Shown here one piece after another: positions 1 through 9,940 of a stretch of DNA of 64,000 nt. Each line of letters opens with the position of its first letter. Positions within the stretch are counted from its first letter, which is position 1. This stretch comes from a virus. The translations under genes were made by a program, and so were the position numbers. Location of the stretch: IMG/VR virus record IMGVR_UViG_3300042197_002243; one strand, 5' to 3'. The notes beneath the pieces are model-generated. The model was not told the origin of the DNA. It worked only from the letters and a program-made list of their open reading frames with translations, and did not search any database.

Positions 1-28
1 ATTTACTTATATATTATGTATATGGGTA

Positions 29-472
29 ATGGCAGAAAGTATTAAGAGTCGCTATCAACCATCTTATCCCAAAAAGTATCAAGGTGATCCCAACAATATC
101 ATTTGTAGGAGTAGTTGGGAAAGAGTGTTTTGTCGGTGGTGCGATTTAAATGAAAATATAATTGCATGGGGATCAGAAGAAATTCGTATCAAGTATTATG
201 ATCCCGTAAGTCAAAAAGTTAGAAATTATTTCCCAGATTTTATTATCAAAGTAAAAGAGAACAACGGACAAATTAAAAAATATATTATTGAGATCAAACC
301 CAAGAAACAAACTGAACCACCAAAACCAAAATCGAGAACGACAAAATCATACATTCACGAAGTTTATACTTATGCAACCAATCAAGCGAAGTGGAAGGCT
401 GCAGAAGAATTTTGTAAGGATCATATGATTGAGTTTAAAATCATCACAGAAGAAGAACTTGGAATCAAATGA
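29..472 (+). CDS. gp4: Head completion protein (T4 gp4-like nuclease)
   Basis: KY.GDP.NII.RSSWE, W.SEE, YFPDF and IEIKP motifs typical of gp4. Confidence 0.9.
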   Translation: MAESIKSRYQPSYPKKYQGDPNNIICRSSWERVFCRWCDLNENIIAWGSEEIRIKYYDPVSQKVRNYFPDFIIKVKENNGQIKKYIIEIKPKKQTEPPKPKSRTTKSYIHEVYTYATNQAKWKAAEEFCKDHMIEFKIITEEELGIK

Positions 473-819
473 CATCGCCAAGAGTTAAAAAACTTCAACA
501 GAAATTGGATGGTTCTGAAGATGCAGAACTCATTATGATGAATATTCTTGAAGTTTTTACAGAAGCAGAATTTATTCCCGATGTTGGTAAATATTATACC
601 TTTATATACGTATCAAAGACTCCAAATATTGAATATGATCAGCACCCATTAATTGCTGTGACTGCTGTAGAGCGTTGGGGATTCAAAGGAATTAACTTTC
701 ACTGGGGACAATCTCGCAATTATACCTGGCAAGAAGTTGCAGGAAAGATGCATGTTGTAAGAAACAATGAGATTGAATATCTTCGTTCTTTGCCTTTTGC
801 CAAATTTGTCAATAAATAG
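469..819 (+). CDS. DNA end protector-like protein (gp2-like, short cyanophage form)
   Basis: GKYYTFIY..KT....YD.HPLI and GINFHW motifs; directly follows gp4. Confidence 0.6.
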   Translation: MTSPRVKKLQQKLDGSEDAELIMMNILEVFTEAEFIPDVGKYYTFIYVSKTPNIEYDQHPLIAVTAVERWGFKGINFHWGQSRNYTWQEVAGKMHVVRNNEIEYLRSLPFAKFVNK

Positions 820-832
820 ATAAAAAACTCCG

Positions 833-2158
833 ATGGCGGATCCAATTCAGACTTTACAATATCAAATGTCTCCTAGAAGTGGAGTTATATACAGATATCA
901 GACTGATGTAAATAAGAGAACTGGTGCATCGATTACATATGACATTTCAAATATTGGTCAAAAAACACCAATGTTTACTTCTGAGCCCGTAATTGTAAAC
1001 GGAAAGCAACAATATGAAACTCGTGTGCTTTCTTCTTATGATCCAATATATCAGAATTTATCTCCAGAACTTAAAGATTTTATAGCAAATCAAGTAGTTC
1101 CTCAATCATCAAATCAACGAGCTGCATTTATCAATAAAAATTATACAAACGCACAAAAACAGCAATTATTTTCTGGTATGCCAAAGGTGAGTAATACTGC
1201 AACACCAGCAAAACCAGCAAAACCAGATCCTACTGCACCAGATCCAACTCCTGTTCCACTTGATACATCAATTGCAGGATCTACAAAACAAACTGCAGGT
1301 TCTTATAATCCAGAAGGTAAACAAGTATGGATTTATCCAACAGGACTAGGAAACAATCAACAAGATTATATTCAATTTGAGATGATTGAATATGTCGGAA
1401 GAGGATCACAATTTCTGAACTCCAGTGTACCTTCACTGGCACAAAGAAATTTTGGTGTTGGAGAAACAAAAATACTTGGTAAAGTATACTTACCAATTCA
1501 ACCAACAATCAGTGATAATAACTCTGTAGATTGGCAAAATGATACCATCAACCCACTTCAACTGTTAGGAGCACAATTATCATTAAAAGGTCAGCAATCT
1601 GGATATACCGAAGCTGATTTCGCTAAACTTAAAACTATGTTCAAGGATAATCCAGATATTCAATCATATCTTCAACAATGGTTTGCCGGAAAAGCAGTTG
1701 GAACTAATATATTTTCAAGATTCTCTGGTGCTGTCGTAAACCCAAACTTAGAACTTTTATTCAATGGACCCCAACTTAGACCATTCAATTTCAATTTTAG
1801 ACTTTCACCAAGAAGTGAAGATGAAGCAAAGCAAGTGAAGGGTATTATTCGTTTCTTTAAAAAAGGAATGGCAGTTCGAAAAACTAGTCAAGATTTATTT
1901 TTAAAAGCGCCAAATGTTTTTAGAATAAAATATATTAATGGTAATAATGAAAATCAAGAACATACTTCAATTAATAAAATCAAAACTTGCTCTTTGACAC
2001 AATGTTCTGTTGATTATACTCCTGATGGATCATATGCAACTTTTTATGATAAAGAATCCACCATGACTCAATATGGTTTGACTCTTCAGTTTAATGAACT
2101 TGAACCAATCTTCAACGAAGATTATGATGAAGCAGCTAAAACTTCTATAGGTTACTAA
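833..2158 (+). CDS. gp48: Baseplate tail tube cap (gp48-like)
   Basis: NPNLELLFNGPQLRPFNFNF.LSPRS motif and C-terminal L.F.ELEPI; precedes gp53. Confidence 0.85.
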   Translation: MADPIQTLQYQMSPRSGVIYRYQTDVNKRTGASITYDISNIGQKTPMFTSEPVIVNGKQQYETRVLSSYDPIYQNLSPELKDFIANQVVPQSSNQRAAFINKNYTNAQKQQLFSGMPKVSNTATPAKPAKPDPTAPDPTPVPLDTSIAGSTKQTAGSYNPEGKQVWIYPTGLGNNQQDYIQFEMIEYVGRGSQFLNSSVPSLAQRNFGVGETKILGKVYLPIQPTISDNNSVDWQNDTINPLQLLGAQLSLKGQQSGYTEADFAKLKTMFKDNPDIQSYLQQWFAGKAVGTNIFSRFSGAVVNPNLELLFNGPQLRPFNFNFRLSPRSEDEAKQVKGIIRFFKKGMAVRKTSQDLFLKAPNVFRIKYINGNNENQEHTSINKIKTCSLTQCSVDYTPDGSYATFYDKESTMTQYGLTLQFNELEPIFNEDYDEAAKTSIGY

Positions 2159-2159
2159 A

Positions 2160-2834
2160 ATGTCAAAACCATACTTCCGCCAAGTTCCTAATTTTGAATA
2201 TGTAAGTCGCAACAAAGACGAACATTACATTTCAAACTATGATAATGTAAAAAATCTTTTTAAACGTGGAAAGATTCGTGAAGACATTTTTGGAGATCTT
2301 TCATTCTTTACTAAGTATCAAGTTGTAGGTGATGAAAGACCAGATAGTGTTGCATACAAATTTTATAATGAATCTACACTAGATTGGGTGGTTCTTTTAT
2401 CAAACAATATTCTCAACATCCAAACTGAGTGGCCAATGACTCAGTTTACCTTTGACAAATATCTTTTAGAAAAATATGGAGATTATGATACCTTGTACAG
2501 CGGTATTCACCACTACGAAACTGAAGAAATTTTGAATACTAACGGTATTGTAATTGTACCAAAAGGAACACAGGTTGATGCTGGATATTCAATCACATAT
2601 TATGATGATTTACTCGGACAAGAAGTTACAAAATCGAATATTGGGCATGTTGTGACGAATTACGATTATGAGAATCAAATTCAAGAAGATAAGAGAAATA
2701 TCTATGTTTTAAAGGCAAGATATCTGAATGTTCTGTTTAATGACTTGGATAATATTATGGAGTATAAAAAAGGTGGAGCTCAATACGTGAACTCCACCTT
2801 AAAGAGAGGCGATAATATCAGATTATTTGAATAA
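2160..2834 (+). CDS. gp53: Baseplate wedge subunit (gp53-like)
   Basis: YF..VPNFEY, GDERPD.VA, WVVLL.NNI and HHYET motifs. Confidence 0.9.
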   Translation: MSKPYFRQVPNFEYVSRNKDEHYISNYDNVKNLFKRGKIREDIFGDLSFFTKYQVVGDERPDSVAYKFYNESTLDWVVLLSNNILNIQTEWPMTQFTFDKYLLEKYGDYDTLYSGIHHYETEEILNTNGIVIVPKGTQVDAGYSITYYDDLLGQEVTKSNIGHVVTNYDYENQIQEDKRNIYVLKARYLNVLFNDLDNIMEYKKGGAQYVNSTLKRGDNIRLFE

Positions 2835-3776
2835 TCACTCGTCAACCAGTTTCTGGAAATACTTCATCGCATCATCTTCATCCTCATCTTCCACAGATGA
2901 AAGATTGGGAAGAGAAGGAGCAGACTTGCTCTTCTGATAAGATACTTCAAGTTCTTCCATCACTTTGTCTTCTTTCGAAGGAGTTTGAACATAGGATTCA
3001 TACTCTTCTTCTTGCTCAGCGACAGCACGAGCGGAATTCTTTTGACCCAGCACATACTTCAGACGCTTTTCAAGATCCTCATAGGACTTGAACTGATCAG
3101 GAGCAACGATTGCTGAAAGTGAATACTCTTTCTTCCAAAGAGTTTCCAGAGCATCGTCATCATCCATCAAAGGAGCAGCAGAATCAAACTCAGACTTATC
3201 ATAGTTCCAATAACCTTCAACCTTACGAATCTTCAGGCGGAAGTTAGCACCACCCCAGAAATCAAAAGGATTGATCGGCTCTTCATCTTCAAATTCTGGT
3301 TGCATAGCATTCAGAATCTTGTCGAAGATCTTTTTACCGAACTTGAACAGGAACACTTTACCTTCGTTCTGAGGATTAGCAGGATCCTTCACAACGTAGA
3401 TGTTGCTGTAGTAGTTCAGTTTGCGCTTCTGCTTACGCACGGTTTCTTTATCATTCTCGCTACCGCTGTTCCACAGTTCACGATTGTGCTCTGATACAGG
3501 ATCTTTTTGACCCAGAGTAGTCAGAGAGTTCTCAATGTACCAACCGCCAGGGCCCTGAAATGCATGGGAATACATCTTCACCCAAGGAAGATCTTCACCC
3601 TCAGGGGCAGGCAGGAAACGAATCACTGCAGAACCAACACCGGTTTTGTCCATTTCTGGTTTCCAGAAACGTTCATCTGCACCACCAGAACCAGTGTTCA
3701 TTTTCTCAACTTCTTTCACCAGTTTTTCGGTGAGAGAACCAAGTTTAGATTGCTTTTTAAGATTAGCAAAAGACAT
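2835..3776 (-). CDS. gp32: Single-stranded DNA-binding protein
   Basis: DERFWKP, AVIRFLPAP, WYIENSLTT motifs; acidic C-terminal tail. Confidence 0.95.
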   Translation of the reverse strand: MSFANLKKQSKLGSLTEKLVKEVEKMNTGSGGADERFWKPEMDKTGVGSAVIRFLPAPEGEDLPWVKMYSHAFQGPGGWYIENSLTTLGQKDPVSEHNRELWNSGSENDKETVRKQKRKLNYYSNIYVVKDPANPQNEGKVFLFKFGKKIFDKILNAMQPEFEDEEPINPFDFWGGANFRLKIRKVEGYWNYDKSEFDSAAPLMDDDDALETLWKKEYSLSAIVAPDQFKSYEDLEKRLKYVLGQKNSARAVAEQEEEYESYVQTPSKEDKVMEELEVSYQKSKSAPSLPNLSSVEDEDEDDAMKYFQKLVDE

Positions 3777-3822
3777 GTGTACCTCGTGTAAATTGGATTT
3801 GGCCTTTGTGTACTCCGTTATT

Positions 3823-4167
3823 CTAATCCTTCAGGTCGTTTTTGTCAATCTGGTCACGCATCACGTCAATCAGTTTTGACATGTTACCAAAAATGACGTT
3901 CATATCCACATTTTCGTCAAGACCCATCATCGTTGCAGATTCTGAGATCTTTTGCTTCATTGCTTTAGCTTCAGGATCATCAGAAAGACTCAAACGAGTA
4001 TAAAGAACCTGCTGCTTGTTCAGTAATTTTTGAAGCAAGTCAACATGTTTGATTTTATCTTCCTGAGACATTTTAAAGAAGCGAAATACGTTATGGTATA
4101 TTTCTTCTTGCATCTCGGAAATTTCTGTCATCTCAGAACGGACGACTTCGGATTCAAAAAAACTCAT
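3823..4167 (-). CDS. Conserved cyanophage protein (DUF1825-like)
   Basis: MSFF.SEVV and YTRLSLSDDPEA motifs; usual position between gp59 and gp32. Confidence 0.7.
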   Translation of the reverse strand: MSFFESEVVRSEMTEISEMQEEIYHNVFRFFKMSQEDKIKHVDLLQKLLNKQQVLYTRLSLSDDPEAKAMKQKISESATMMGLDENVDMNVIFGNMSKLIDVMRDQIDKNDLKD

Positions 4168-4760
4168 TGAGCACCTACCACGATTTCTTTCAAGATTTTT
4201 TTATAGCGGAATACATCGATATTTAGAAAGGGAGAATACTTTTTCATTTTCAGACTGACGATCTCCCAAATCGGGTCTTTTAATTTCTTGTCAAAAGATT
4301 TCCCGAACAGGAATATTCTATCATAGATTACCAGTGTTTCAAGGCTAATTTTCCCGCTCAGGAAACTTTTCAAAACTGGAGGATGTCCATTTTTACAATC
4401 AAAAACATCCTCAAATTTATTTTCTGAGAAAAGTTTATCTGATTCTTCCTTAAAAATATAACTCAGCGATTGAATCTTTCTTTGCCAGTCTGTATAATTT
4501 CTTTCACCTTCACGAATAATGCTTCCGACCCACAAATTAGCAGGATCAGAGGCCATAACAAAATTGCTGATAAAAAAGTCCTCAATTTCTTTGTCAGTTT
4601 TATTACGGGACATTTTTTCGAACCAGAATCGGTCCTTTCTTTTGTAAAAAGACTGGACACTCGCTTTAATTTTTCCACAATACTTTTGGTAATCATAATT
4701 AGGTTGTGTAAAGTGATTTTTCAGCGCAATATAGGTTTTGTATGTATCAAAGGGCATCAT
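4164..4760 (-). CDS. gp59: Helicase loader
   Basis: Y..YIALKNHFT...YDY.KY.GK, FYKRKDRFWF and ISLETL motifs. Confidence 0.9.
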   Translation of the reverse strand: MMPFDTYKTYIALKNHFTQPNYDYQKYCGKIKASVQSFYKRKDRFWFEKMSRNKTDKEIEDFFISNFVMASDPANLWVGSIIREGERNYTDWQRKIQSLSYIFKEESDKLFSENKFEDVFDCKNGHPPVLKSFLSGKISLETLVIYDRIFLFGKSFDKKLKDPIWEIVSLKMKKYSPFLNIDVFRYKKILKEIVVGAQ

Positions 4761-4840
4761 TCTAAAAAAGTAATACGCGAAAATTTTTGCCGGAGTTTTT
4801 TTCGACCAAAAATGAAATCAAAGATCAATTTTACTGGCCA

Positions 4841-5563
4841 TCAAAGTAAATATTGTGGAATAAACGGGAGGTTATCACGAGTCCACTCTACAAGTTGACG
4901 AACCTTATGATTATTGTAGCATACTTCATCAGAAATTACACCGTGTTCTGCACCGACACGAATTACTTGATTCATGTTTGGAGAGACCATACTCAATTCC
5001 ACATTATTGTTATTCATTCCAATCGATTTTACATTAATTTCTGCAAGATCAATATTTTCCACCTTTTGCAATTCAAAATAATCGCAGACAAAATCTAATG
5101 TTTCTCTTTTATTTGATAGAAAATCGTTTGAATTTATCCATAAAATATCAGAACATTCAGAAATCCACATAATTCTGTTAGCCCACAGAAAAATATTCAT
5201 TTTCTCTATTGAATCAAATTCAATATTTTTTAAACTCGGATGAATTGTTTTGCGAAAATATGAATAATAATAATCAATATATACAACTCTCATATTAAAA
5301 ATAATTTTGAAAAGATGTTGTTTTAATTGTCGATACAAAAATATTTTTTTTCCGCATGTTTTATGTGCATAATTGCACAATCCACTTGGTAGTTTAATTA
5401 CTCCACTTTCATAATTTTCAATATTTTCAAAGAAATCTGCAGAATTTTGAACAACTTGATGACACCAAGATGGCTCAGAATATGCTTGGGTGATATCTTT
5501 CAATAATGAAATTAAAAGAGTCGAACCACAATGAGATGTATGATAAATTTGATTGATCATCAA
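4841..5563 (-). CDS. Hypothetical protein, sulfotransferase-like
   Basis: N-terminal HTSHCGSTLL resembles a PAPS-binding loop; AT-rich insertion between gp33 and gp59. Confidence 0.5.
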   Translation of the reverse strand: MMINQIYHTSHCGSTLLISLLKDITQAYSEPSWCHQVVQNSADFFENIENYESGVIKLPSGLCNYAHKTCGKKIFLYRQLKQHLFKIIFNMRVVYIDYYYSYFRKTIHPSLKNIEFDSIEKMNIFLWANRIMWISECSDILWINSNDFLSNKRETLDFVCDYFELQKVENIDLAEINVKSIGMNNNNVELSMVSPNMNQVIRVGAEHGVISDEVCYNNHKVRQLVEWTRDNLPFIPQYLL

Positions 5564-5817
5564 AATACTAATCTAGCTCTTGAACTACGCTTAAGAAAGT
5601 TTAATTGCATTGCCTCATATTTAATTTTTTCCTTAAGTGGTTTTGAAATCAACTTAGGAACACTTTCCAAATCAATGCTATTTTTTTCGCAAAAATAAAC
5701 GATGGCATCAATGTAGTTCATGCTTAAATCGCTATGCACCAAACCCTCGATTTCCTGAGCAAATTTTGCTGGGCAGAAAAACTTGTCTTCGAATACTTTT
5801 TCGAGCTCATTCTGCAT
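5560..5817 (-). CDS. gp33: Late transcription coactivator
   Basis: YIDAIV.FCE.N.ID.ESVPKLISKPLKEKIK.EA..LNFL motif. Confidence 0.9.
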   Translation of the reverse strand: MQNELEKVFEDKFFCPAKFAQEIEGLVHSDLSMNYIDAIVYFCEKNSIDLESVPKLISKPLKEKIKYEAMQLNFLKRSSRARLVF

Positions 5818-5879
5818 TTGACCTAAAACAGTGACGTACATTTATAATAAAACTTTTGATCATCATAATACATAACTTA

Positions 5880-6563
5880 TTATTTGTCAATGCTTGACAA
5901 TTTATCTGTAACAAATTTTTTGATATATTGAGTCAACAAACGAAGATATTTTTCCTTGTCTCTTTCTTCATATACTACGCATTCTCCAGTTTCGCAAGTC
6001 ATGATAATCACGAATTTTTTAACTGACAGTCCAGTCAACTCATGAAGCATACATGCATATGCACAGCACTGTACGAAGTAATGTTCGATCCACTCCTTTG
6101 GTTTTGGTTTTTTGGAGGTCTTAAAGTCAATAATAGAAAGTTCTCCATCATGCTCTGCAATACAATCTACAGTTCCAGCAATTCCTAGATACTTACTATA
6201 AAGAGAACCTTCTAGTGCATAGATATTATTTATACGTTTTAACTCTGGGACTGCAACTTGAAACAACATCTCAGAAATTGGAAGAATGTCTGAGTTGCAA
6301 TCCATGTTACGAAGATACTGTTCAATCAACGTGTGAGTGTCAGTTCCTCTTGCGGTGGACATGCGAGTAATTTTATCTGCCTCTGCATCACCAACTTTCT
6401 TCCTCCAAGAAGCAAAAAACTCTTTATTGAAATGGCTGATAACAGAAGTGATGGAGACTAATTTGATTAAATCAGTCTCCCCAGGAACACTATAGTATCT
6501 TACTCCATCAATAGTATCTCTTTCCAATCTTGGGAGATCAAGTTCTACATGATTAAATGCCAT
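5880..6563 (-). CDS. PD-(D/E)XK exonuclease (Cas4-like fold)
   Basis: SITSVI, RGT..H, AGTVDCIA, IIDFKTS and YFVQ..AY motifs. Confidence 0.85.
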   Translation of the reverse strand: MAFNHVELDLPRLERDTIDGVRYYSVPGETDLIKLVSITSVISHFNKEFFASWRKKVGDAEADKITRMSTARGTDTHTLIEQYLRNMDCNSDILPISEMLFQVAVPELKRINNIYALEGSLYSKYLGIAGTVDCIAEHDGELSIIDFKTSKKPKPKEWIEHYFVQCCAYACMLHELTGLSVKKFVIIMTCETGECVVYEERDKEKYLRLLTQYIKKFVTDKLSSIDK

Positions 6564-7324
6564 TACATTCCTAATTCAGCTTTAGCGACTAAGTATTCTT
6601 TACAGAGACCAGATCTTACAATATCTTCTAGTCCAAATTCAATCAATTCCATTGAAGGCATTTGATGAAGAATTCTCATGAAATCAATAATTCCATTCTT
6701 TTCATTTGTCTTCACCAAATCACTTTGAGTTGCATCTCCACAGAACATAATCTTTGTATTCTCACCAACACGAGTAATTATACTATCCAATTCATGAAAA
6801 TTCAAGTTTTGAAACTCATCAACAATAATTACAGAATTATCAAGAGTTGTACCACGAATGAATGATGTACTCCAGAAAGAAATCGTTCCCTGATTCTTTA
6901 AGTTGCCATACAACATTTCAAAATCATTATCTGTCGGCATCTCAAACATATACTTTACCATATTCTTATATGGAATCTGGTAAAGTGACGACTTATCTTC
7001 GTGATCTCCAGGAAGAAAACCAATCTCACGAGTTGCAACAAGAGACCTAACGATATAAATTTTTTCGTAAGGAGATTTTTCGTTTAAAACATCTTGAAGT
7101 GCGTTGTAAAGAGTGATAAAGGTTTTACCTGTTCCTGCAGCACCATATGCAACGACGTTTTTACCGTCATCATATGCATCAAATAAACGCTCTTGATTAT
7201 CTGTAAGAGGATCAATAACTCTCATGTAATCAAGATTGATTGGTTTCTTCCTCTTCATTTGTTTGTTGCTCATTCCAAATGGAACTGGACTGGTTCCGAT
7301 TCCTGCTGATTTTTTTCTTGGCAT
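6563..7324 (-). CDS. phoH: PhoH-family ATPase
   Basis: GAAGTGKT, RGTTLD, IIVDEFQN, GDATQSD and DIVRSG motifs. Confidence 0.95.
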   Translation of the reverse strand: MPRKKSAGIGTSPVPFGMSNKQMKRKKPINLDYMRVIDPLTDNQERLFDAYDDGKNVVAYGAAGTGKTFITLYNALQDVLNEKSPYEKIYIVRSLVATREIGFLPGDHEDKSSLYQIPYKNMVKYMFEMPTDNDFEMLYGNLKNQGTISFWSTSFIRGTTLDNSVIIVDEFQNLNFHELDSIITRVGENTKIMFCGDATQSDLVKTNEKNGIIDFMRILHQMPSMELIEFGLEDIVRSGLCKEYLVAKAELGM

Positions 7325-7325
7325 A

Positions 7326-7571
7326 CTAGTTAAAAGGTCTAACTTTTGATCCTGGAGCTTTAGAAGCTTTTCTTAACACGTCATTCCACCCTGGGTTTTT
7401 TTGAATGAGTTTATCAGCCCATTCTCCAATCTCCCCCGCAGATGCACACCCCTCAGACCAATCCCTTTTCCATTCTGGATTGTCTTTATACCATTGAGTA
7501 ATGTCATGAACACTCATTTCGATTACTCGTTTTTCTCCCGTCTCTACGTGAATAATCGGATAAATTGCCAT
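7326..7571 (-). CDS. Conserved cyanophage hypothetical protein
   Basis: Clean ORF upstream of phoH with GW.DVL..ASKAPGS motif. Confidence 0.7.
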   Translation of the reverse strand: MAIYPIIHVETGEKRVIEMSVHDITQWYKDNPEWKRDWSEGCASAGEIGEWADKLIQKNPGWNDVLRKASKAPGSKVRPFN

Positions 7572-7599
7572 AATGTGTAATAGTGTGTAATATTATTTA

Positions 7600-8106
7600 T
7601 TATAACCAATTGAAGTTAATATTATATCTCGCTTTATTAGTTGTAGTTGTAGAATTGTGCAATAAAGATCCATCAAAAAATACTATTCTATTTTCAATAC
7701 TGTCAATTTTAGTTCCATCATTCATTCTGGTAAACCCATCACAAGTGTTTAAAGAAAATAAAGCTGCATGATGTGGAAATTCATAATCAGCGTGCTTTTC
7801 ATTTTCTCTTACAATATTTGTGTGAGGATATAAATTCACTTTGATTCTAAGTAAAGATTTTACTCCAACTATTTGACTAAATTTTGGAATAAAAATATCA
7901 TAAATGCTTTTAAAATGATCGCTATATGGAACATTATTAGTATATATCATATGATTCGCATACCAACGCCAATCATATTCTGATTCTTCGGCAAACGTAA
8001 CTTTGTCGCTAATATATAGAGGAAAATTTGACCCATAAACAATTAGATTTTTTAAATTTTCAAATTCTTCTTTGGGTAAAAAATTATTAATTACTTTGTA
8101 ATCCAT
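7600..8106 (-). CDS. 2OG-Fe(II) oxygenase-like protein
   Basis: HAD (HxD) motif, distal H in LLHNS, and RYNINFN. Confidence 0.75.
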   Translation of the reverse strand: MDYKVINNFLPKEEFENLKNLIVYGSNFPLYISDKVTFAEESEYDWRWYANHMIYTNNVPYSDHFKSIYDIFIPKFSQIVGVKSLLRIKVNLYPHTNIVRENEKHADYEFPHHAALFSLNTCDGFTRMNDGTKIDSIENRIVFFDGSLLHNSTTTTNKARYNINFNWL

Positions 8107-8738
8107 TCTAATGCCTCCGAAACAAAAGGAAATTGTTCAGAAAATACTTTCTTACATTCAAGTGCAATATCCAGGTGTTCTTTTTGAGTCCCGTTTGCCG
8201 AACGGAGATTGATATAATGAATCCAGGAACGGCAAGAACCCGTCATATAAATGCGTGTGGGCGTCGCTAAGGGTAGTACAAATCGAGCACATTCCTTTGC
8301 TACTCCATGATTAAGAAGTTTCTTATAGAGTTTATTTGCATCTTCAAAATGCTTTGCAATTTCACCTTGAAGAGTAAGTTTTAAATAACCATCAAAATCA
8401 TCAATGGAATTTTGACGATTCTTGGTGTCTTGGCGACGAAGTTCTGGAGTTGGAATGTGTTCAGACAAAAGATTTGTGTCCGCATAACGTTGCGAAAATT
8501 CCTGAAATGTAAATGAACGGTGACGCAAAATTTGTGCTGCAATACCACGAGTCGTCTCAATCTCAAGCGTCATAGAAGACTGTTCAAACACAGACCAATG
8601 ATTATGCTTAATGCAATAAGCAAGCAACTTGGCATAGTTCTCGTTATCCTGATTAGCAGGATTAGAGACTCGTGCAATGTATGCCATTGTTTTTTCGGCA
8701 TCTGGAGTAACGCTAATGAGTTTTACTGAAGTGTTCAT
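8091..8738 (-). CDS. thyX: Flavin-dependent thymidylate synthase
   Basis: HWSVFE, RHRSFTFQEFSQRY signature, KECARFVLP. Confidence 0.97.
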   Translation of the reverse strand: MNTSVKLISVTPDAEKTMAYIARVSNPANQDNENYAKLLAYCIKHNHWSVFEQSSMTLEIETTRGIAAQILRHRSFTFQEFSQRYADTNLLSEHIPTPELRRQDTKNRQNSIDDFDGYLKLTLQGEIAKHFEDANKLYKKLLNHGVAKECARFVLPLATPTRIYMTGSCRSWIHYINLRSANGTQKEHLDIALECKKVFSEQFPFVSEALEWITK

Positions 8739-9241
8739 AACATTTTTAATAACTGATAATTTTTGTGATGCATTCGATCACGAGTATAAGTTTTATGTAA
8801 ATTTTGTTTTGTTAGATTATTTTCAATACAAAATCTAGTTAGATTATCTACTTTTATTACATCATTATTTGGTGTTTTAACCAACCACTTTTTAGAATTG
8901 TCTGGCATTTTATAAACATTATTTTTGATAGCATCTTCGATATTTTCTTTTATTGTTCCCCATTTAAGATTAGATAAAGAATTATTTTCTTTGTTATCAT
9001 CCAAATGTCTAACTATTTCATAATTTAATGGATTTGGAAGAAAAGCCATTGCTAATAATTGGTGCAATGCTTTATGTTTTCTTTTTCCAAAAGCATCATA
9101 TAAAGTAAAAGCATAATATCCTCTTTTATTTTTGTGACCACTAATATATTTTTTAAGTTTAATTGAATAAACTTTTCCATCTGGATATATTTTATAATGA
9201 GGATACTCCTCAATTATTTTATAATCCGTCTCCATCATCAT
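8735..9241 (-). CDS. HNH homing endonuclease (NUMOD4/HNH_3-type)
   Basis: HQLLAMAF, VRHLDDNKENN..SNLKWGT..EN; stop overlaps the thyX start. Confidence 0.85.
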   Translation of the reverse strand: MMMETDYKIIEEYPHYKIYPDGKVYSIKLKKYISGHKNKRGYYAFTLYDAFGKRKHKALHQLLAMAFLPNPLNYEIVRHLDDNKENNSLSNLKWGTIKENIEDAIKNNVYKMPDNSKKWLVKTPNNDVIKVDNLTRFCIENNLTKQNLHKTYTRDRMHHKNYQLLKML

Positions 9242-9467
9242 CGTTTATTAATCGATATGATTTATTTATAGAATTAGTCACATCATCTTCGTAGTCATCG
9301 TCTTCAAACACCTCATCATAATCGTTGAGGGCTGCTGTAATTTTATCATACTCTAGGTAACTTTGAGTGTCAGAATAAATTTCAGACTTCAAAGAATCTA
9401 CTAGCAATTCAAGATTGCGAACAATCAATTTAAGTTTGTCTTTGTCCATAAAATGATATTCTTTCAA
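9219..9467 (-). CDS. Conserved cyanophage hypothetical protein (acidic C-terminus)
   Basis: KLKLIVRNLELLVDSLKSEIYSD motif. Confidence 0.7.
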   Translation of the reverse strand: MKEYHFMDKDKLKLIVRNLELLVDSLKSEIYSDTQSYLEYDKITAALNDYDEVFEDDDYEDDVTNSINKSYRLINDDDGDGL

Positions 9468-9480
9468 TTCATTTTATCAT

Positions 9481-9506
9481 AAAAAAAGGAGGGTGTAAAC
9501 CCTCCC
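9481..9506 (-). terminator. Intrinsic terminator ending the DUF4278 micro-operon
   Basis: Minus strand GGAGG-GTTTACAC-CCTCC hairpin followed by a T run. Confidence 0.75.
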
Positions 9507-9510
9507 AATT

Positions 9511-9594
9511 CTATTTGAATAAAAATTGAATATAAAGAGACAATAAAACAAGTACAACCGCAGATCCTGCGGCAATTTGTAATACTGCGAACAT
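9511..9594 (-). CDS. 27-aa hydrophobic peptide (MFAVLQIAAGSAVVLVLLSLYIQFLFK)
   Basis: ATG overlaps the upstream stop (TAATG); single TM-like segment; absent from the ORF track. Confidence 0.55.
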   Translation of the reverse strand: MFAVLQIAAGSAVVLVLLSLYIQFLFK

Positions 9595-9692
9595 TACTTT
9601 GCTCCAACGAGTTGTGCTAATTGTGCTTGATAACGACGCTCTTCTTTTTGTTTTTGTTCTTTAATGAGTTGTAGAAAGTTAAGTTTCTTCAT
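9594..9692 (-). CDS. 32-aa basic helical peptide (MKKLNFLQLIKEQKQKEERRYQAQLAQLVGAK)
   Basis: TGATG translational coupling to the DUF4278 ORF; absent from the ORF track. Confidence 0.65.
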   Translation of the reverse strand: MKKLNFLQLIKEQKQKEERRYQAQLAQLVGAK

Positions 9693-9829
9693 CACTTGTG
9701 CCCCTCCTTTACAAACTTAACTCCACGATATGTTTCATTATATTGTTGAGGCTGTTGCATCATTTGCTGTTGGTATTCGATACGCTTTTGCGTATCATAT
9801 TCGACACCACGATATACGACTTTAGACAT
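9692..9829 (-). CDS. DUF4278-family small protein (45 aa)
   Basis: MSKVVYRGVEYD...YRGVKF with two YRGV motifs; AAGGAG SD at 9837-9842. Confidence 0.85.
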   Translation of the reverse strand: MSKVVYRGVEYDTQKRIEYQQQMMQQPQQYNETYRGVKFVKEGHK

Positions 9830-9861
9830 TAGGTTGCTCCTTTACTTGGTTAGGGTATTGG

Positions 9862-9917
9862 TGCGTTCCTTCAGTTTCCCTACTTCCGTTCGCCATTTGA
9901 AAATAGCGAATGAACGT
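9862..9917 (-). ncRNA. glnA-type (glutamine-I) riboswitch
   Basis: Minus strand CGTTC-ATTCGCTATTTTCAAATGGCGAAC-GGAAGTA-GGGAAACT-GAAG-GAACG: P1 CGUUC/GAACG, P2 hairpin, E-loop GGAAGUA/GAA; sits upstream of DUF4278. Confidence 0.85.
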
Positions 9918-9940
9918 ATAATATATTAGATACTTTTTTT

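Noticed and set aside
1200-1250. Short tandem repeat in gp48 (AAACCAGCA)
   Set aside because: Encodes a Pro-rich linker (PAKPAKPDP); ordinary low complexity.
4765-4845. Possible duplicated gp33 3' end or target-site duplication around the sulfotransferase-like insert
   Set aside because: Only TTTGATG and a KLIF-like remnant match; too short in AT-rich DNA.
5880-6563. Cas4-like nuclease as a sign of CRISPR
   Set aside because: A standard T4-like cyanophage exonuclease; no repeat-spacer array or other cas genes in the window.
7326-7600. Pho box upstream of phoH
   Set aside because: No convincing PyTTAAPyPy-type tandem repeat found by eye.
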